A stretch of 64,000 nucleotides of DNA from positions 117,986,001 through 118,050,000 of the forward strand of contig OX597815.1 of assembly GCA_951406725.2 (NCBI GenBank), in the 5' to 3' direction. Origin of the DNA: Octopus vulgaris. Its lineage: Eukaryota. This document shows, in pieces, positions 42,304 to 55,547 of the stretch (positions within the stretch are counted from its first letter, which is position 1; each line of letters begins with the position of its first letter). The position numbers and the translations under genes are program-made. Below the pieces are notes generated by a model. The model did no database searches, was not told the DNA's origin, and saw only the letters and a list, made by a program, of their open reading frames with translations.

Positions 42304-42306
<3 letters not shown>
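41880..42306. mobile_element. ~400-bp unit with identical 29-bp terminal direct repeats, between two (TA)n tracts
   Basis: tcgttgctaaaccctttattgcttagtat at 41880-41908 and 42278-42306. Confidence 0.7.
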
Positions 42307-42330
<24 letters not shown>

Positions 42331-42334
<4 letters not shown>

Positions 42335-42462
42335 GAAATTTATAGAAAACTGAATGACAATGATAGGTGTATGAACAACAAGCAAGTGTATTAGTTAGAT
42401 GCTCGGAAAAATGAAGAAGTCTTTTACGTGTCGAGCCTACACTCTTCAACAGAAAGAAATAA
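42331..42462 (-). mobile_element. short Penelope-like element family H (hammerhead-like motif)
   Basis: Minus strand ctttCTGTTGAAGAGtgtaggCTCGACACGTAaaag; homologous to 44955-45105 and both copies at 62060-62450. Confidence 0.7.
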
Positions 42463-43235
42463 AGTCTAAATACGATTTGTGAAATTCCTTCCTAAAGGTT
42501 AGTACCATTCTACTCTTTAAAAAGATTCTTTCTTAATCTTAACTTTTTGAAAAAATCTTTCTCTAAATATTATAACCGTATCAAGTAATTTCCTAAATAC
42601 TCTCTGTCTGCCTATCTTTATCCTTTTCTGTCTGTCTCCATGTCTGTTTCTCTCCCTTTCTCTTTTTCTCTTTCACTTGCTTTCTCTTTCCATTTATTTA
42701 TATCATATGCCATATATTTCGGTCATTCTGTACATAGACTGAGGGCGGTGCTGCTGTTTTACTGCATTCGTCGGGTATTCACTAAACTGATGAGATATCA
42801 TGAACAAAGTCTATTGTAAATGGTATTTTTTCAAAAAATAATGCTGTTAGATTGGTTGGAAGTTAATCGGCAAATTGCTCTAATTTCCTGCTCTAATCAA
42901 TGTCAACACTGGCTACAAAAACTGATAATTGACGTCGCCGCCATTTTAGACTTCATCGTTGCCGTCGCTGTCATCGTAATCGTCATCGTTGTCACTGTCA
43001 TGGACGTCTCCTTTATAAACATCATCAATAACACCCACTACTGTTACTACTACTGTTGCTGCTGCTGCTGCAATGGATGAATAAGTCGGGATGATAGACA
43101 GTAAAGATATGCATACATATTATTATTATTTTTATCTTTTGTTAATTTGTAAACATACATCAATTATATCAAAATATCTTTTCATGTTTACATTCTCTGA
43201 ATATTGCTCTGTCTCTTTCTCTTTCTCTCTCACTC

Positions 43236-43290
<55 letters not shown>

Positions 43291-43740
43291 CTTTCTCTCT
43301 TCCTCTTTCTCTGTCTCTCTCTCTCTGCCTCCTTCTCTTTCACACTTCTGGCTTTTTCAGCCTTCGCTTCTTTCACTGTCTTCTGTCTATCTCTCTCACT
43401 CTGTCCGTCCATCTGTCTGTCTGTCTGTCTGTCAGTCTGTCTGTCTGTCTGTCTCTCTGTCTCTCTGTTTCTGTTTCTCTCTCTCTCTCTCTGTCCATCT
43501 GTCAGTCTGCCTGTTTCTCTCACTCTGTCCGTCTGTCTATCTATCTCGCTCTGTCCATCTGTCTGCCTGTCTCTGTTTCTGTTTATCTCTCTCTCTTTCT
43601 CTCTCTGTCCATCTCTCTCTATATATATGTGTGTGTGCTTGTGCGTGTGAGTACGTGCGTGTGTGTGTGCGTGCGTTTGTGTGTGTGCGTGCGTTTGTGT
43701 ATGTGCGTGTGTATGTGTGTGTATATGCGTGTTGTATGTC
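43236..43740. repeat. (CTAT)n/(CTGT)n/(TG)n low-complexity array
   Basis: Direct reading. Confidence 0.92.
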
Positions 43741-44277
43741 TTTATAGAATGTGTACGTGTGATGCCTCACAAGAAAAAAGCTGGCTCAAAATACATCAAG
43801 AAATTGCTTTTTATGTTAAATACACATACCCAGAGTGGGTAAGTCTTACATATGTAATACATAGTTAGGTGAAACACCTAGTTCTGTTGGGATTACCCAA
43901 GCAGCCAATGGACAAAATCTCCCTCTGCATATACTTAAAATGTCCGAACAACCAAGGGATACTATAGGCAATGGTCTTTGGAATACTATAGACAAAAGTC
44001 ATTAGAAAGGATCTGATCTCAAAAGCAAAATGGTGAAAGTATATCTTGCCTATTTCAGTTTTACTACACCTCAGTTGAGTGTGGAATGTTTTGGCATAGC
44101 CGTTTTACCGCCACTTATTTGGCGGCGCTGATTCGACATTGACTTATTTGACATTCTCTCGTTATCCTCTCCACTCTCTCTCTCTGTGTAATTATATTTC
44201 TCTTTATGTGTATGAAGAGAGGGAAAGTGTTTACGTCACCGGTGCTCAATAAATTGTGGCTTCCTTTCTCCCTTCCG

Positions 44278-44317
<40 letters not shown>

Positions 44318-44592
44318 ATCTATCTATCTGTATATGTATATTTCTGTGCATGCATATATGTCTCCTTGTCACCTGTTCCAAAACGTATAGTTGTCAAAAC
44401 AAGTTCTCTATCCAGTCAGCCGTGTCAAATCACCAACGTCCAAACAGCCATATCCAATCGCCTCGTTCCTTCTTCAGTGAAGCATATTCCACTCGTTTTT
44501 ATATTTAAGCACTTCTGGGTCGTTGACAGTTAATATTATTAGCTTGACGCTGAAAGAATGAAAACAAACTTATAATGTAATAGTTATAGAAA

Positions 44593-44628
44593 GCATAACG
44601 TTTCGGACACAGTCCTTTGTCAGATACT
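44593..44628 (-). ncRNA. minimal type-I hammerhead-like motif (Penelope-type), decayed
   Basis: agtat-CTGACAA-A-GGAC tgt GTCC-GAAA-CG-TT-atgct; G8 reads A, consistent with CpG decay. Confidence 0.55.
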
Positions 44629-44922
44629 AGAAGAAAGTCCAGGGATAGAAAAAGAAGAGAGGAAAGGAAAAGAGGAAATAAAGTAAGAAAAAAGAGCAGG
44701 AAAAATACGCACGTGGATCACATCACATGTTTGTCTTCTGACTAACTGGAAGAGTGAGAGGTAATTGTGGCTTTTAATGAAAAGAGAGTACTTGTTGGCA
44801 TGTGTGTACGCATGTGGATGTATGTGTGGGGGCATACACACATACACAGAAATACACATACATACATACATACATACATACATACGAACATACATACATA
44901 CATACATACATACATACATACA

Positions 44923-44953
<31 letters not shown>

Positions 44954-44954
44954 G

Positions 44955-45105
44955 TAAACCTTTTTCTATTTTCTCTCCCTGTTTATTTCTGTGTTCCTTT
45001 CTGTTGAAGAGCGTAGGCTCGAAACGTAAAAGACTATCTCACTTCCCAAGCGTTAAACTAATACATCTCCTTGTTGTTTACACACCTGTCTTCATCTTTT
45101 TTTTT
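44955..45105 (+). mobile_element. short Penelope-like element family H
   Basis: ctttCTGTTGA-A-GAGC gtag GCTC-GAAA-CG-TA-aaag, followed by gcgttaaactaatacat..cacctgtcttc. Confidence 0.72.
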
Positions 45106-45493
45106 CTTTTTTTTTCTCTCATTGATAACGGCCAAAGAGAAATACCGAAGAGAACCAACTCTGGACAGAATTATTTAAAGTCGTAGCTTTAACTAAAATG
45201 CAGCCAACAACATTTACTGGCGTGTACCATTAGACCGTCAGGTCAGAAAAAATTGCAGCCATATCAGCGCCAAGCAGTATTCAGGGATAAACGGACTTTA
45301 GGTTAGTCAGAAACATGTCTCGGAAACCGATGTAGTGTTTTTACACCTTTATTTTTTACCATAAGAGAGAATATTTTCTTCACAGTAGCTGCAGTGAATT
45401 TGCCTATAGAATTTGAAATATGTCACAAGCATATTTTCACTAACCTGAAGTTCTCATATGCCTTAACACTGCTTGTCGCTGATATTGCTATGA

Positions 45494-45499
45494 TATATA

Positions 45500-45581
<82 letters not shown>

Positions 45582-45715
45582 TGTATGTATGTATATGATT
45601 ATATTTATATGTATATATATATATATACATGCATATACATACATACGTATGTGTTCGTGCGTGTGTATTTGTATGTGTGTGTGTGTATGTATGTATGTGT
45701 GTGTGTGTGCGTGTG
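45494..45715. repeat. (TA)n(GTAT)n(TG)n array
   Basis: Direct reading. Confidence 0.93.
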
Positions 45716-45991
45716 TCCATAAACCCCCTACCTGCCTACTTACATATCTACCAACCCCTTTTCCTTTCCTTCAAGCATTCATCAAAATCTTATCTTTCTC
45801 GCTTTCTCATACCCCTGTAATAGTTTCCTTCTCACTCAGTCATCAACATACCCATTCATTGCGTCATCCATAATTTTACCCCACTCCCTTTTTCCTTTCT
45901 ATCATTCGCCTATAGTAATTTTCTATATTCTTCTCTTTCCCGTCCACGCATCAATATACCCTATCTCTCTCCCTCCTCTCTCACTCCGTAC

Positions 45992-46039
<48 letters not shown>

Positions 46040-46836
46040 TTCCTTTTCTCCCACTCCCCCTTGTTTACTGTACCAAAAACCATTTATTGCTTACATACAA
46101 ACCATCAATTGAAACAGACAGCAAACTACGTCGTTTGTCGTTGCTTTATTTATTGATTTACCCTTAACATCCTTCGACTGATTGGTCAGAACAGGTTATG
46201 CAATATAAGCACGAATAATCAAGACAGATGCTGGCAAAGGATTTACACCGGTTCAGCTTTAGTTTGTTGTTTTATGAGCCGTCACCTAGCATTATAGAAA
46301 AAAATATATTTCGTCAACTATTGTGAATAACGGTTGTTCAAAAACCAGTCTGACTGATTGTATTAGTTGTTTAAAATTTGTTGCTTTTAGTTCCTCTTAT
46401 TGTGAAAGCGGATCTGGGGGAAAAGGTTCGTTGGTGCAGAATAAAATGTCGGTTGTAATGTTGCAGTGCATTGTGTTTATATGTATGTTTAATTTGATAT
46501 AGATTCTAATTATCAATATATTTACTTGCATAATAATGCTAACGCTTGCATAATACTCTTGATATAAAATATTTGTGTGTGTGAGAGTGTCTGAGTGTGT
46601 GATCATTTACATCCACTCACACATACATACACTGGCGCTCTTATTAAATCTCTATTTCTCCGGTTTTTTACATATTTTCTACAAATAGCCAGGCCCATTG
46701 TTAGATAACTCGTCTTGTTTAAATACACCATGAAATATCTGAAGCGGATACGAAAGCACAACACATCAGTCTGTAAATTTTCCAGACTGTTACTCATATA
46801 TACATATATTAAGACAGATTAACAGACAGACAGACA

Positions 46837-46883
<47 letters not shown>

Positions 46884-47230
46884 TGTTTCTTTATTAGCCA
46901 CACAGGGCTGCACACAGACAGAACAAATTACAAGGTAGAGCTTTTCTTTTGGGGGTAAAAAAAAGGAGGTTGGTTTTCGATCAAAAAGGATCGTAAAAGG
47001 AAAGAAAGAGGACAAAAAAGGGGAGGATTTAAAAAAAAAAGGGGGAGAGGGAAAAAAGAAAAAAAAAGAAAAGGGGAGAGGAAAAAAAGTTGATCAATAG
47101 GGATCGTAATCACAGAAATGTCAATATGAAGTGTAAAGGGGAGGACAGGTGAGGTTTACCCGTGGAAAGAAAAGCCTACGGAAAAGACCACGGTAACCTC
47201 GGTCAATGAAGTCACATGTTATATTTCTTT
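46884..47230 (-). mobile_element. probable Tx1/L1-like LINE 3'UTR inserted in (GATA)n
   Basis: 3' end cagccctgtgtggctAATAAAgaaaca and a cgtgg..ccacg hairpin parallel the 3'UTR of 3592-4455; (GATA)n on both sides. Confidence 0.6.
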
Positions 47231-47271
47231 AGATAGATAGATAGATAGATAAATAGACAGACAGACAGATC

Positions 47272-47700
47272 ACTTTAGTTCGTCTCGTGCCGTACTGCAC
47301 ATTGGTTTATATCTCTCCTAGGTTGCCATCTATTTTGCATTAAGCCTGATGTCGTTTCTTATTATTCTCCTTGCCATGTAGCTAAGGCTCGCCCACTCTC
47401 GTTAACCACAACGAGCCTTCCATTCCAACACCCCTTTTCGGTATATTTCCCTTGCTCATTCTCAAATCACTATCAAATCACCTTAGGATTTTTAGCTCTC
47501 AACATTGCCACTGTTCCCACTGTTCTGTTCTCCTGAGTATTTCCACATTGATGATTTGATCCCCATATGTCACATTTATGATACTGCACAGACGCATTTT
47601 ATGAAATGCATTCAGGCTTTTTCCATCATCGATTATAAAAAAATAACCTGCCATGTTTCCTGTCAGAGAGAACAATGGACAGGTATATTGAACTGTAAAC
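47272..47700 (-). mobile_element. RTE-clade LINE fragment
   Basis: ETW..DDGKSLNAFHKMRLCSIINVTYGDQIINVEILRRT resembles RTE 'ETW...L.AF...CLR.IL...W.D.I.N.EVL.R'. Confidence 0.7.
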
Positions 47701-47845
47701 TGCAAATCTAGTTTTTTTTTTCTATTTACAGCTTTAACTTGTTTCAGTATTTGAAGTGTGGCCATGCTGGTGCACCACCTTGAAAAGGTTTAGTTGAACA
47801 GATCGACCCCAGTATTTATTTTTAAACAATATTAAAAGATGATCG

Positions 47846-48155
47846 TTAAAACCAACGTAACATGGATGTCTTGTTCTAGATCACCGAATACTACGTTTTG
47901 AGCCTTGAGTGATCCTCTCGTACAGGCGCTTGGTGCATAAAAGCACACGCATAGACGAGAATCATGTCATAGGCGCGGAGTTCCCAGAATGAAATCACGT
48001 GATATGGGAATTCTGGCGCCTATGGTAGAATTCTCGTCTGCTACGATCTATGTGTGTGCTTTTAAACACCAAGTGCATATATGAGAAGATCTTTCAGGGC
48101 TAATGATGTAGTATTCAGTGTTCTAACAACGCATCTATGTTAAGTTGGATATAAA
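47846..48155. mobile_element. palindromic MITE with ~140-bp degenerate arms
   Basis: ccaacgtaacatggatg..gaatactac..cttggtg..aaaagcacac..agacgagaat..cataggcgc..ttccca is mirrored on the right side around a short centre containing atcacgtgat. Confidence 0.8.
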
Positions 48156-48221
48156 GAATACTTTTTGGTATAAATATTGCTTCCGTCGTTAATAATTAAA
48201 ACTTAATATTAATTCTTTGTG

Positions 48222-48655
48222 AGGCGATTAGCTGGCAGAATCGTTAGCAAGTCGGGCAAATGCTTAGCAGCATTTCGTCCGAATTTACGTTCTGAGTTCA
48301 AATTCCGCCGAGGTCTACTTTAATTTTCATCCTTTTGTGGTTGATAAAATAAATATCAGTTGATCAATGGGATCGGTGTAATCGACTTATCCACCCACAC
48401 CCAAAGTGCTGACCAAGTGTCAAAATGTGAAACCAATATCAATTCTTTCAATTATAGGCACAAAGCCTAAAATTTTGGGGAAAGGGGCTAGTCGATTACA
48501 TCGACATCAATGCTTATCTGGTACTTGATTTAACGACCCCGCGAAAGAGAGGAAAGGCACCGTACTCTGCGGAATTTGAACTCAGAACGTAAAGCCTAAA
48601 AATATGCCACTGAGCATTTAGTTCGGTGTACTAACGATCTTGCCAGCTGGTCGCT
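48222..48655. mobile_element. tail-to-tail pair of family B SINEs (48222-48440 plus, 48445-48655 minus)
   Basis: gctggcagaatcgttagc head on plus; gccagct/gaactcagaacgt on the opposite strand. Confidence 0.85.
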
Positions 48656-48918
48656 GGCGGAATACAATTAACGGTAGTGTTCTGTGTGCACTGTCATATT
48701 TTCAATCCTTATAGTCCTCTACCGTATGTGAATCTCTGAAATAGGGTTCACTTTCAAAGTTTTCGTTTTTTATTTTGACCTTTAAATTTGACATTCAAAT
48801 TTCTTGGTTTTTGCACAATTTTTGCATTAAAGCCGATTTTTTCTATTTTGGCCTTGATAAAGTTTGTACGTGTTTGTAAACAATTCATTTCAGTATGGAT
48901 CGCTATTCAGTTTAAAAT

Positions 48919-49018
<100 letters not shown>

Positions 49019-50069
49019 ATGAACAGCTGCTTTATATTTTACAATAAATGGGACACGTCACTGTTTATCTAATCGACCTCAATACATGATCAGAACTTAT
49101 TTCATCGACCTCTGCAAAATTCAGATCATATAACATCATGCTATTGTCCCATATAACAGACAGACATACATACAGACAGGCAAAATATAATTGTATATTG
49201 TATTGTTCCGTGTGCATATGTATGCATATTTTGTATGTTTACATGCAAAATATGTCGTTGCATTTTTGGTTGAATATGTAGAATAAACGGAGAGTCATAG
49301 ATAAAAATCATCGGAAACCAATAAAATATAAAAACACTTTTGCTATGACTACATTGAATAAAACTAATGATTATTTGGTATGAACGTCACCAGTTGGTTA
49401 TAGAGACACGTGTTTACAAAACGTCTACCTGACAAAAGAGCCATAGTTATTTGTTGCTATGCTAGAATATAATAACAATATTTCAGTCGTTGAAAATTAC
49501 AGTCGAAATATTCATTCTTGTTATTTCAGTACATTGATTTCTAACTTAAACATAAAGCCATGTATTTTACAGACGGGAAATTAAATATGTAGTAGTCATG
49601 CTTTTTTCAAAAAGCCATAGTGACCAAAGTGAAAAAGCTTGTCTTCCGCTAAGCCAATTAGAAGCACGTCTCGGAACTAAACCCGCCCTGTAGCTCACGC
49701 TTGCTCTTGACTATTCGTCCATTGTAGTAATAATTTTTTTACACAGCTGCAAATACTTCAGATTTTAGAGAAAATAGGAAAATCAGTTCTAAATAATGTA
49801 GCCTTTTCTAGAAGTAAATTTATTGCCCAAACGGAACTAAAATTACTGTAACCAATTTCAAAATTTACTTCTAAACTATGGCAGTCACTTTCTGCCATTT
49901 TATTCCTACGTACAATTATATGACGTATTAGAAAACTAGGTAGAGTACAAAAGTGTTTAGTTGAACAGATCGATGAAAAAATAAAGGTATGCAAAAACGG
50001 AGAAGGGGGTTCATAGAACTTTTATTACGCAGCTATTTAAAAAAATCTGGGGTAAAAATGGTCTCAGAT

Positions 50070-50268
50070 CTTGGCACAAAGCCAGTGGTTCTAAGTGGAA
50101 GGGGTTAGATACCATCGACTCCAGTTCTTGACTGGTATTTTATTTAATCGACCCTGAAGGAATGAAAGGCAAAATTGACTCCAGCGGAATTTGAGCTCAA
50201 AATGTAATGAATCGGATGAAATATCCTAAGGCACTTTATCCGATGCTCTAACGATTCAGCCAGCTCAA
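50070..50268 (-). mobile_element. SINE family B, diverged
   Basis: atcgaccctgaaggaatgaaaggcaaa..gcggaatttgagctc..ctaacgattc.gccagctc. Confidence 0.78.
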
Positions 50269-50337
50269 CGATATGTATTAATAACGATATGGAAAGAATG
50301 ATAAATAAAGCAAAATATTGTTTTAAAACAAGTACAT

Positions 50338-50838
50338 AGGAGAGGCTGTGTGGCAAGAAGTTTGCTTCCTAACGGTATGGTTTCGAGTCCAGTCCCATTG
50401 TGTGACACACGGGCTAGTGTCTTCTACTATAGCCCAGGTCGACCAAAGCTTTGTGAGATCGAAGGTGAAATACATATGTATGTATGTTTGTATGTATGTA
50501 TGTATGTATGTATGTATGTATGTATGTATGTATGTATGTATGTATATATGCATGTATGTATGTATGTATGCATGCGTGTGTGCATGTATGTATATATGTA
50601 TGTATGCATGTATGTATGTATGTATGTATGTCTTTGTGTTTATCTTCCACTACCACATGACAACAGGTGTCGGTCTGTTTATGCCTCCGTAACTTAGCGG
50701 CTCGGCGAGAGAAATCGATAGAATGAATACTAGACTTAAAATAATAACTACTTGGGTCGAGTCTTTCGACGAAAACTCTTCAAGGCGGTGCCCCAGTATG
50801 GCTGCAGTTCAATGACTGAAGCAAATACAAGATAAAAG
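50338..50838 (+). mobile_element. SINE family A with expanded internal (GTAT)n
   Basis: Family A head and tail flank a ~155-bp (GTAT)n array. Confidence 0.85.
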
Positions 50839-51708
50839 TTAAAACATTAAGGTTTGCCCATCCACACACAAGTGAAAATTACGTGTTTAGATCGGATTAG
50901 AAAACCGTCATATCTCTGTCCGCTTGCCATTGGTCGCACTGAAAAAGGGTCTGCTCAAAAGTGCTCGTTGATATCTTTGGGGTGGGACGAAACACGCAAA
51001 AAAATCCTATGTCCTACAGGTATTCCACTTTTAATTTGTAATAAACTTTTGGGGATATTTTCAGTGTCTATCTTCTGGTTGTTTCCCGCATTCTGTCCCT
51101 ATTTCCTTCTTACCAGCAAAATTGTTCCCTCCTTCGTTGCTCATCGCATTCTCTCATTCTCTAAGTCAAGGAAACTTTGGCTTCGTTTATCAAACGACGG
51201 TCAGTTTGATTCTTTTTTTCTTTATCATTCTTTTCTTGCGTTCGAATCGCCTGAAGGTCGGCCTTTTTTTATATTTTGGTTTCTTTATCTCCTTTTCTCT
51301 GGTAACTTTCAATTCTTTTTGGCTTCCATTTAGCTCACTAATCTCTCAAAGTAATAAGAAGGTGCTACTGATTGGAGAGAGAAGTTCGCCTGTTTGTCAG
51401 TATTTGGCATCAAGGACGAGACAGATTTTCTGTTTTCTCGTGAAACTGGGATCGATGCTGTTTTCTGTTATTATTTCTGCTCACACACTCCTCCTCCACC
51501 TCCTCGTCACTTTCTTCCTAGGGTCGGAAGAAAAGATCGTTCACATTCCTGGTCAGCTCCTGGAACTCACTTTTTTCCTATCACATGACTTTGTGAATGA
51601 ACAATCTGGTGCGTTTATTTTAAAGGCCTGTCAATGTATACCATTAAGTTTCTTTACCGTAGGTGATAGGAAAGCACTCGGCAAGAAATGGAAACAAAAT
51701 TGAAAGAA

Positions 51709-51789
51709 CACAACAACAACAACAAACACAACAACAACAACAACAACAACAGCAACAACAACAGCAACAACAACAGCAGCAGCAGCAGC

Positions 51790-51820
<31 letters not shown>

Positions 51821-51828
51821 GCAACAGC
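51709..51828. repeat. (CAA)n/(CAG)n microsatellite
   Basis: Direct reading. Confidence 0.96.
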
Positions 51829-52110
51829 TTCTTTACCAGTCTTAAAAGTCTTCAAGATCTTTTGTTTGTTTTTAAACTCTAACACTTTATTCTTGATCAA
51901 TAACAAATAATCGAATCATCAATACCTTAGTTATGTCGCTAGCTTGGTGTACTACAGAAAACATTTCTATAAAGTGGTCAATACCGACAGGAAACTCGTG
52001 CGTCACTACGTTCCAATTTGTTTTCTCAATGTTCTTAGATTTCATCAGAGTGACTACTTCAGAATTGCTAACAACGTTATGATGGACAATGACAGTAAGC
52101 ACAGCGACTA

Positions 52111-52407
52111 TGTTTTTGTTCCTTCTCCAGCCACGCCTGGCTCATAAGGGTCGGTTTCCCGGTTTCCTTGGCGTATAGGTTCCCCACCTGGACGGGACGC
52201 CGGTCCGTCGCAAGATGCAGGAGGAAAGAGCGAGAGAAAGTTGTGGCGAAAGAGTCAGCAGAAGTTCGCCATTACCTTCTGCCGGAGCCGCGTGGAGCTT
52301 AGGTGTTTCGCTCATAAACACACACATCGCCCGGTCTGAGATTCGAACCGGCGATCCCTCGACCGCGAGTCCGCTGCTCTGACCACAAGGCTATGTGCCT
52401 CCACACA
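52111..52407 (-). mobile_element. SINE family D (tRNA head, V-domain-like)
   Basis: Minus strand tagccttgtggtcagagc..ggttcgaatctc head; gcgacggaccggcgtcccgtccagg resembles the V-SINE box GCGATGGACTGGCGTCCCGTCCAGG. Confidence 0.8.
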
Positions 52408-52417
52408 GCGACTATAT

Positions 52418-52720
52418 TGATGACGATGATGATGATGATGATGAGGAGGAGGAGGAGGAGGATTGATGATGATGATAATGATGACGATGGCAATGGTTAC
52501 GATTAAGATCATAATGACGACGACGACAACGATAATCATGATAACCTTGAGGATGACGATGATGAAAACGATAATGATGACTGCAATGATTACGATGATG
52601 ATCATGATGACAACGACGGCAATGATAATGATGATGATGACGACGACGACGACGATGATGATGATGGTGATGGTGGTGGTGATGGTGGTGGTGGTGATGA
52701 TAATGATGATGATGATGATA
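52418..52720. repeat. degenerate (GAT)n/(GAC)n/(GGT)n array
   Basis: Direct reading. Confidence 0.93.
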
Positions 52721-52800
52721 GCTATAACATCAAAAGTTAGAGCACGAATATGTTCTTAATTGCAGATTCATTCAAGATAGAACTCGATATGAACGAAGCA

Positions 52801-52885
<85 letters not shown>

Positions 52886-54999
52886 TTAACAGAATGTAAG
52901 TTTAAAAAATGGAACTGAGTTATGAGGGAGGGTGTTGGGTATGATGAAGAACTTATTTCTAAATGGAATATAGTTCACTGTGTTATCGATTTAACATAAT
53001 TTCTTGTCGTGTATCGATTTATTGGAAAATAACCTACTGCATTTATCATGAGATGCATTCACAGGGTCTCTTAAAGTACATCTTGGGCGTTTTCTCTAAT
53101 TATTTGCTTGGTGATTTAAGGTGATTTGAGGTAAATAAAAAGGAACTAATAGGATTAGTTTTAAGGTGAAGAGAAACTTTAAATTTCATCGATTGAAAGC
53201 GAGGTAAAGGAATGTTTGTTATTTGAAGAAAAAAATTGTCTTTGATCTTTTTTTTCTCTCTTTTATCTCTTGTACTATAAAAGCTTGAAGCAACTCACCG
53301 ATTCCGCTACAGTGTTATCAATGCGCCAAATAATTGAGATATTAGTAACCACAATAATAAAAATAATGAAAGCAAGAATAATAATAATAATAAACAGCTC
53401 CTGAGAAACCAACAATATCAAAGACTGCAAACATCGGCCACAAAGAAAGGAACATGGGGAACATTCAAAGTATTTTTGTCTGATCTCTGTTAAGCTGCTT
53501 TGTGTAGAAAATAGCTCTACCATATTCATTGACTGCAGTGTCTGCCTCCATCCTCAATGTAGCGTTGGACTAATATAGTGTTGGTTGACCAATAACTAAC
53601 CTATACGGTAACATATGATTGTTTCTCAGTCTTCTGGTCCTCACAAATCACTTTGTTTTATTGTCACCGACACATCATACAACAACATCGGTAACCTATT
53701 CCTTCTCCTCCAATGCCGCCACCTTTTGCCATTAAACTTTGTGATTTTATCATATGAAAAGAGCAAATACAATTAATATCGATCTGGTGGGAGAGTAAGT
53801 GTCTTAAGTGTCGTGAGTTCGATAAAAGATTAATATCCGTGGAGATTGATTTTGATTCAAATGTTTTTAGTAATACTCTACCAGTGAAAACCACTTGGGC
53901 CTGCCTCAGGCGAGGAATGAAACGGTGCTATGGCATAATATTTTGTCCCTTCTGTTTTAAGACGTTTAGAATTCGGTTTAAGAAAGATTTGGTAGCTATT
54001 TCTAGTAAATCAAAAGACCGCGTAAATGTTCGTCTTCGTTATATGTGTTTGTTTCCATGGCAGCGTCTTCTGGAATGTCGACAATGGAGGCTTTCGATTT
54101 GCTAAAAAAAAATGCATAATTTTTAAATGTGTGTGAATTTTATATGATTTTTTCTAGAAAAAATGGGTGATTTTCTTCATTGCCATGCAAAACTACATCG
54201 GTGTGGAAAGTTTGAAAATAAATCTAGTGAAAATTTTAAATACTTCTAGTGGCTGGAAGAATTTTAAAAAGATCCAGAAGCCGTGAGGTTTGATATGGAG
54301 ACAGGCATACTGCCATGTCTAATAATAACTAAGAGCGCTTAAAGCATGTTAAACTTGTCCAAAACCCTCGCGAAGCAAGAAAGAAATATTTGGATATAAA
54401 CTATGACTGTTTTCTCATTAGTAAAGAGATAAGAAGGAAAGGAGCAAAACTTTTTGTTTATATTTTCCTTTCGTTTTCTTTTTATATTTGCTAGGAGAGG
54501 GCGCTAATACTTGTCACTTTAAGAACCGACTGCGCTAACACACATATCGAGATTATTAGCACCTGTTCTCTAAATAAAAGGGTCATACTTAACATATTTA
54601 TTTCCATCGTAGGGGTAAAATGTCAAATAAGATAATATTTATCTTGTAAAGTGATGTTTGCTATAGTATAGAATTTACTTTTGTTGTATTTATTTACTCC
54701 CTCGTTTTTTTTTATTTTTTTATTTTTATCATTTGTTCAGTATTCTAACCTAATAAACGTTTTAGTCAGCAGCTCGGATTTCAAACGAACAATTGTGGAG
54801 AGCAAATAGAAGTGCCAGAAGAGATATTTTCCGACCTGAAGCTTAGGGTAGTTGATGAAAACCTAAACGATCGTCAGATGATTGGCTGATTCCTCCTGCG
54901 TCGATGACACTGTTTATATATTAGGTTTTGTGTGTAAATGTCTCCGTATATACTAGCCCCTGCACTATATATGTATACATACATACATACATACATACA

Positions 55000-55108
<109 letters not shown>

Positions 55109-55109
55109 G

Positions 55110-55372
55110 GGAGATGTACTTGCATAGCGAGTGACTTGATCTGAGATCGTGTGGTGGAACGAAAACAATTGCACACAGATATATACAGATATTTGAGACC
55201 GCGACCTGTTCACTGACAAAACTTCGTGCAGCACGAAGTCTTGTCATTGAACAGGTCGCGGTCTCAAAGCGACGAAAATATTTTGACAAATTAAATTTAA
55301 ATGTTGAAGTGAATCTAATGATTTTTATGTGTTTTTTAAATGGCTTATAAACACCTTCCACGCTGCAATTGT
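55110..55372. mobile_element. rearranged (TA)n-embedded element containing a 77-nt palindrome and a hammerhead-like fold
   Basis: 38-bp inverted arms at 55192-55229 and 55231-55268; acaattgca (55165-55173) mirrored by tgcaattgt (55364-55372). Confidence 0.65.
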
Positions 55373-55390
55373 GTGTACATATATATATAT

Positions 55391-55435
<45 letters not shown>

Positions 55436-55450
55436 TATACAAGAAAACAC

Positions 55451-55519
<69 letters not shown>

Positions 55520-55547
55520 TGTGTGCGTGTGTGTGTGTCTGTATCTG

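Noticed and set aside
46170-46450. CCAAT (attgg) plus TATAA as a promoter
   Set aside because: Such short motifs are expected by chance in AT-rich DNA, and no downstream exon was identified.
50854-51703. Overlapping 159-aa and 193-aa plus-strand ORFs
   Set aside because: The pyrimidine-rich strand is depleted of stops, the F/L/S-rich products have no motif, and the starts are non-ATG. More likely a decayed transposon (TTAA-GG.. end at about 50847) that I could not classify.
51663-51845. Poly-glutamine ORF
   Set aside because: (CAA/CAG)n microsatellite with no flanking coding or splice evidence.
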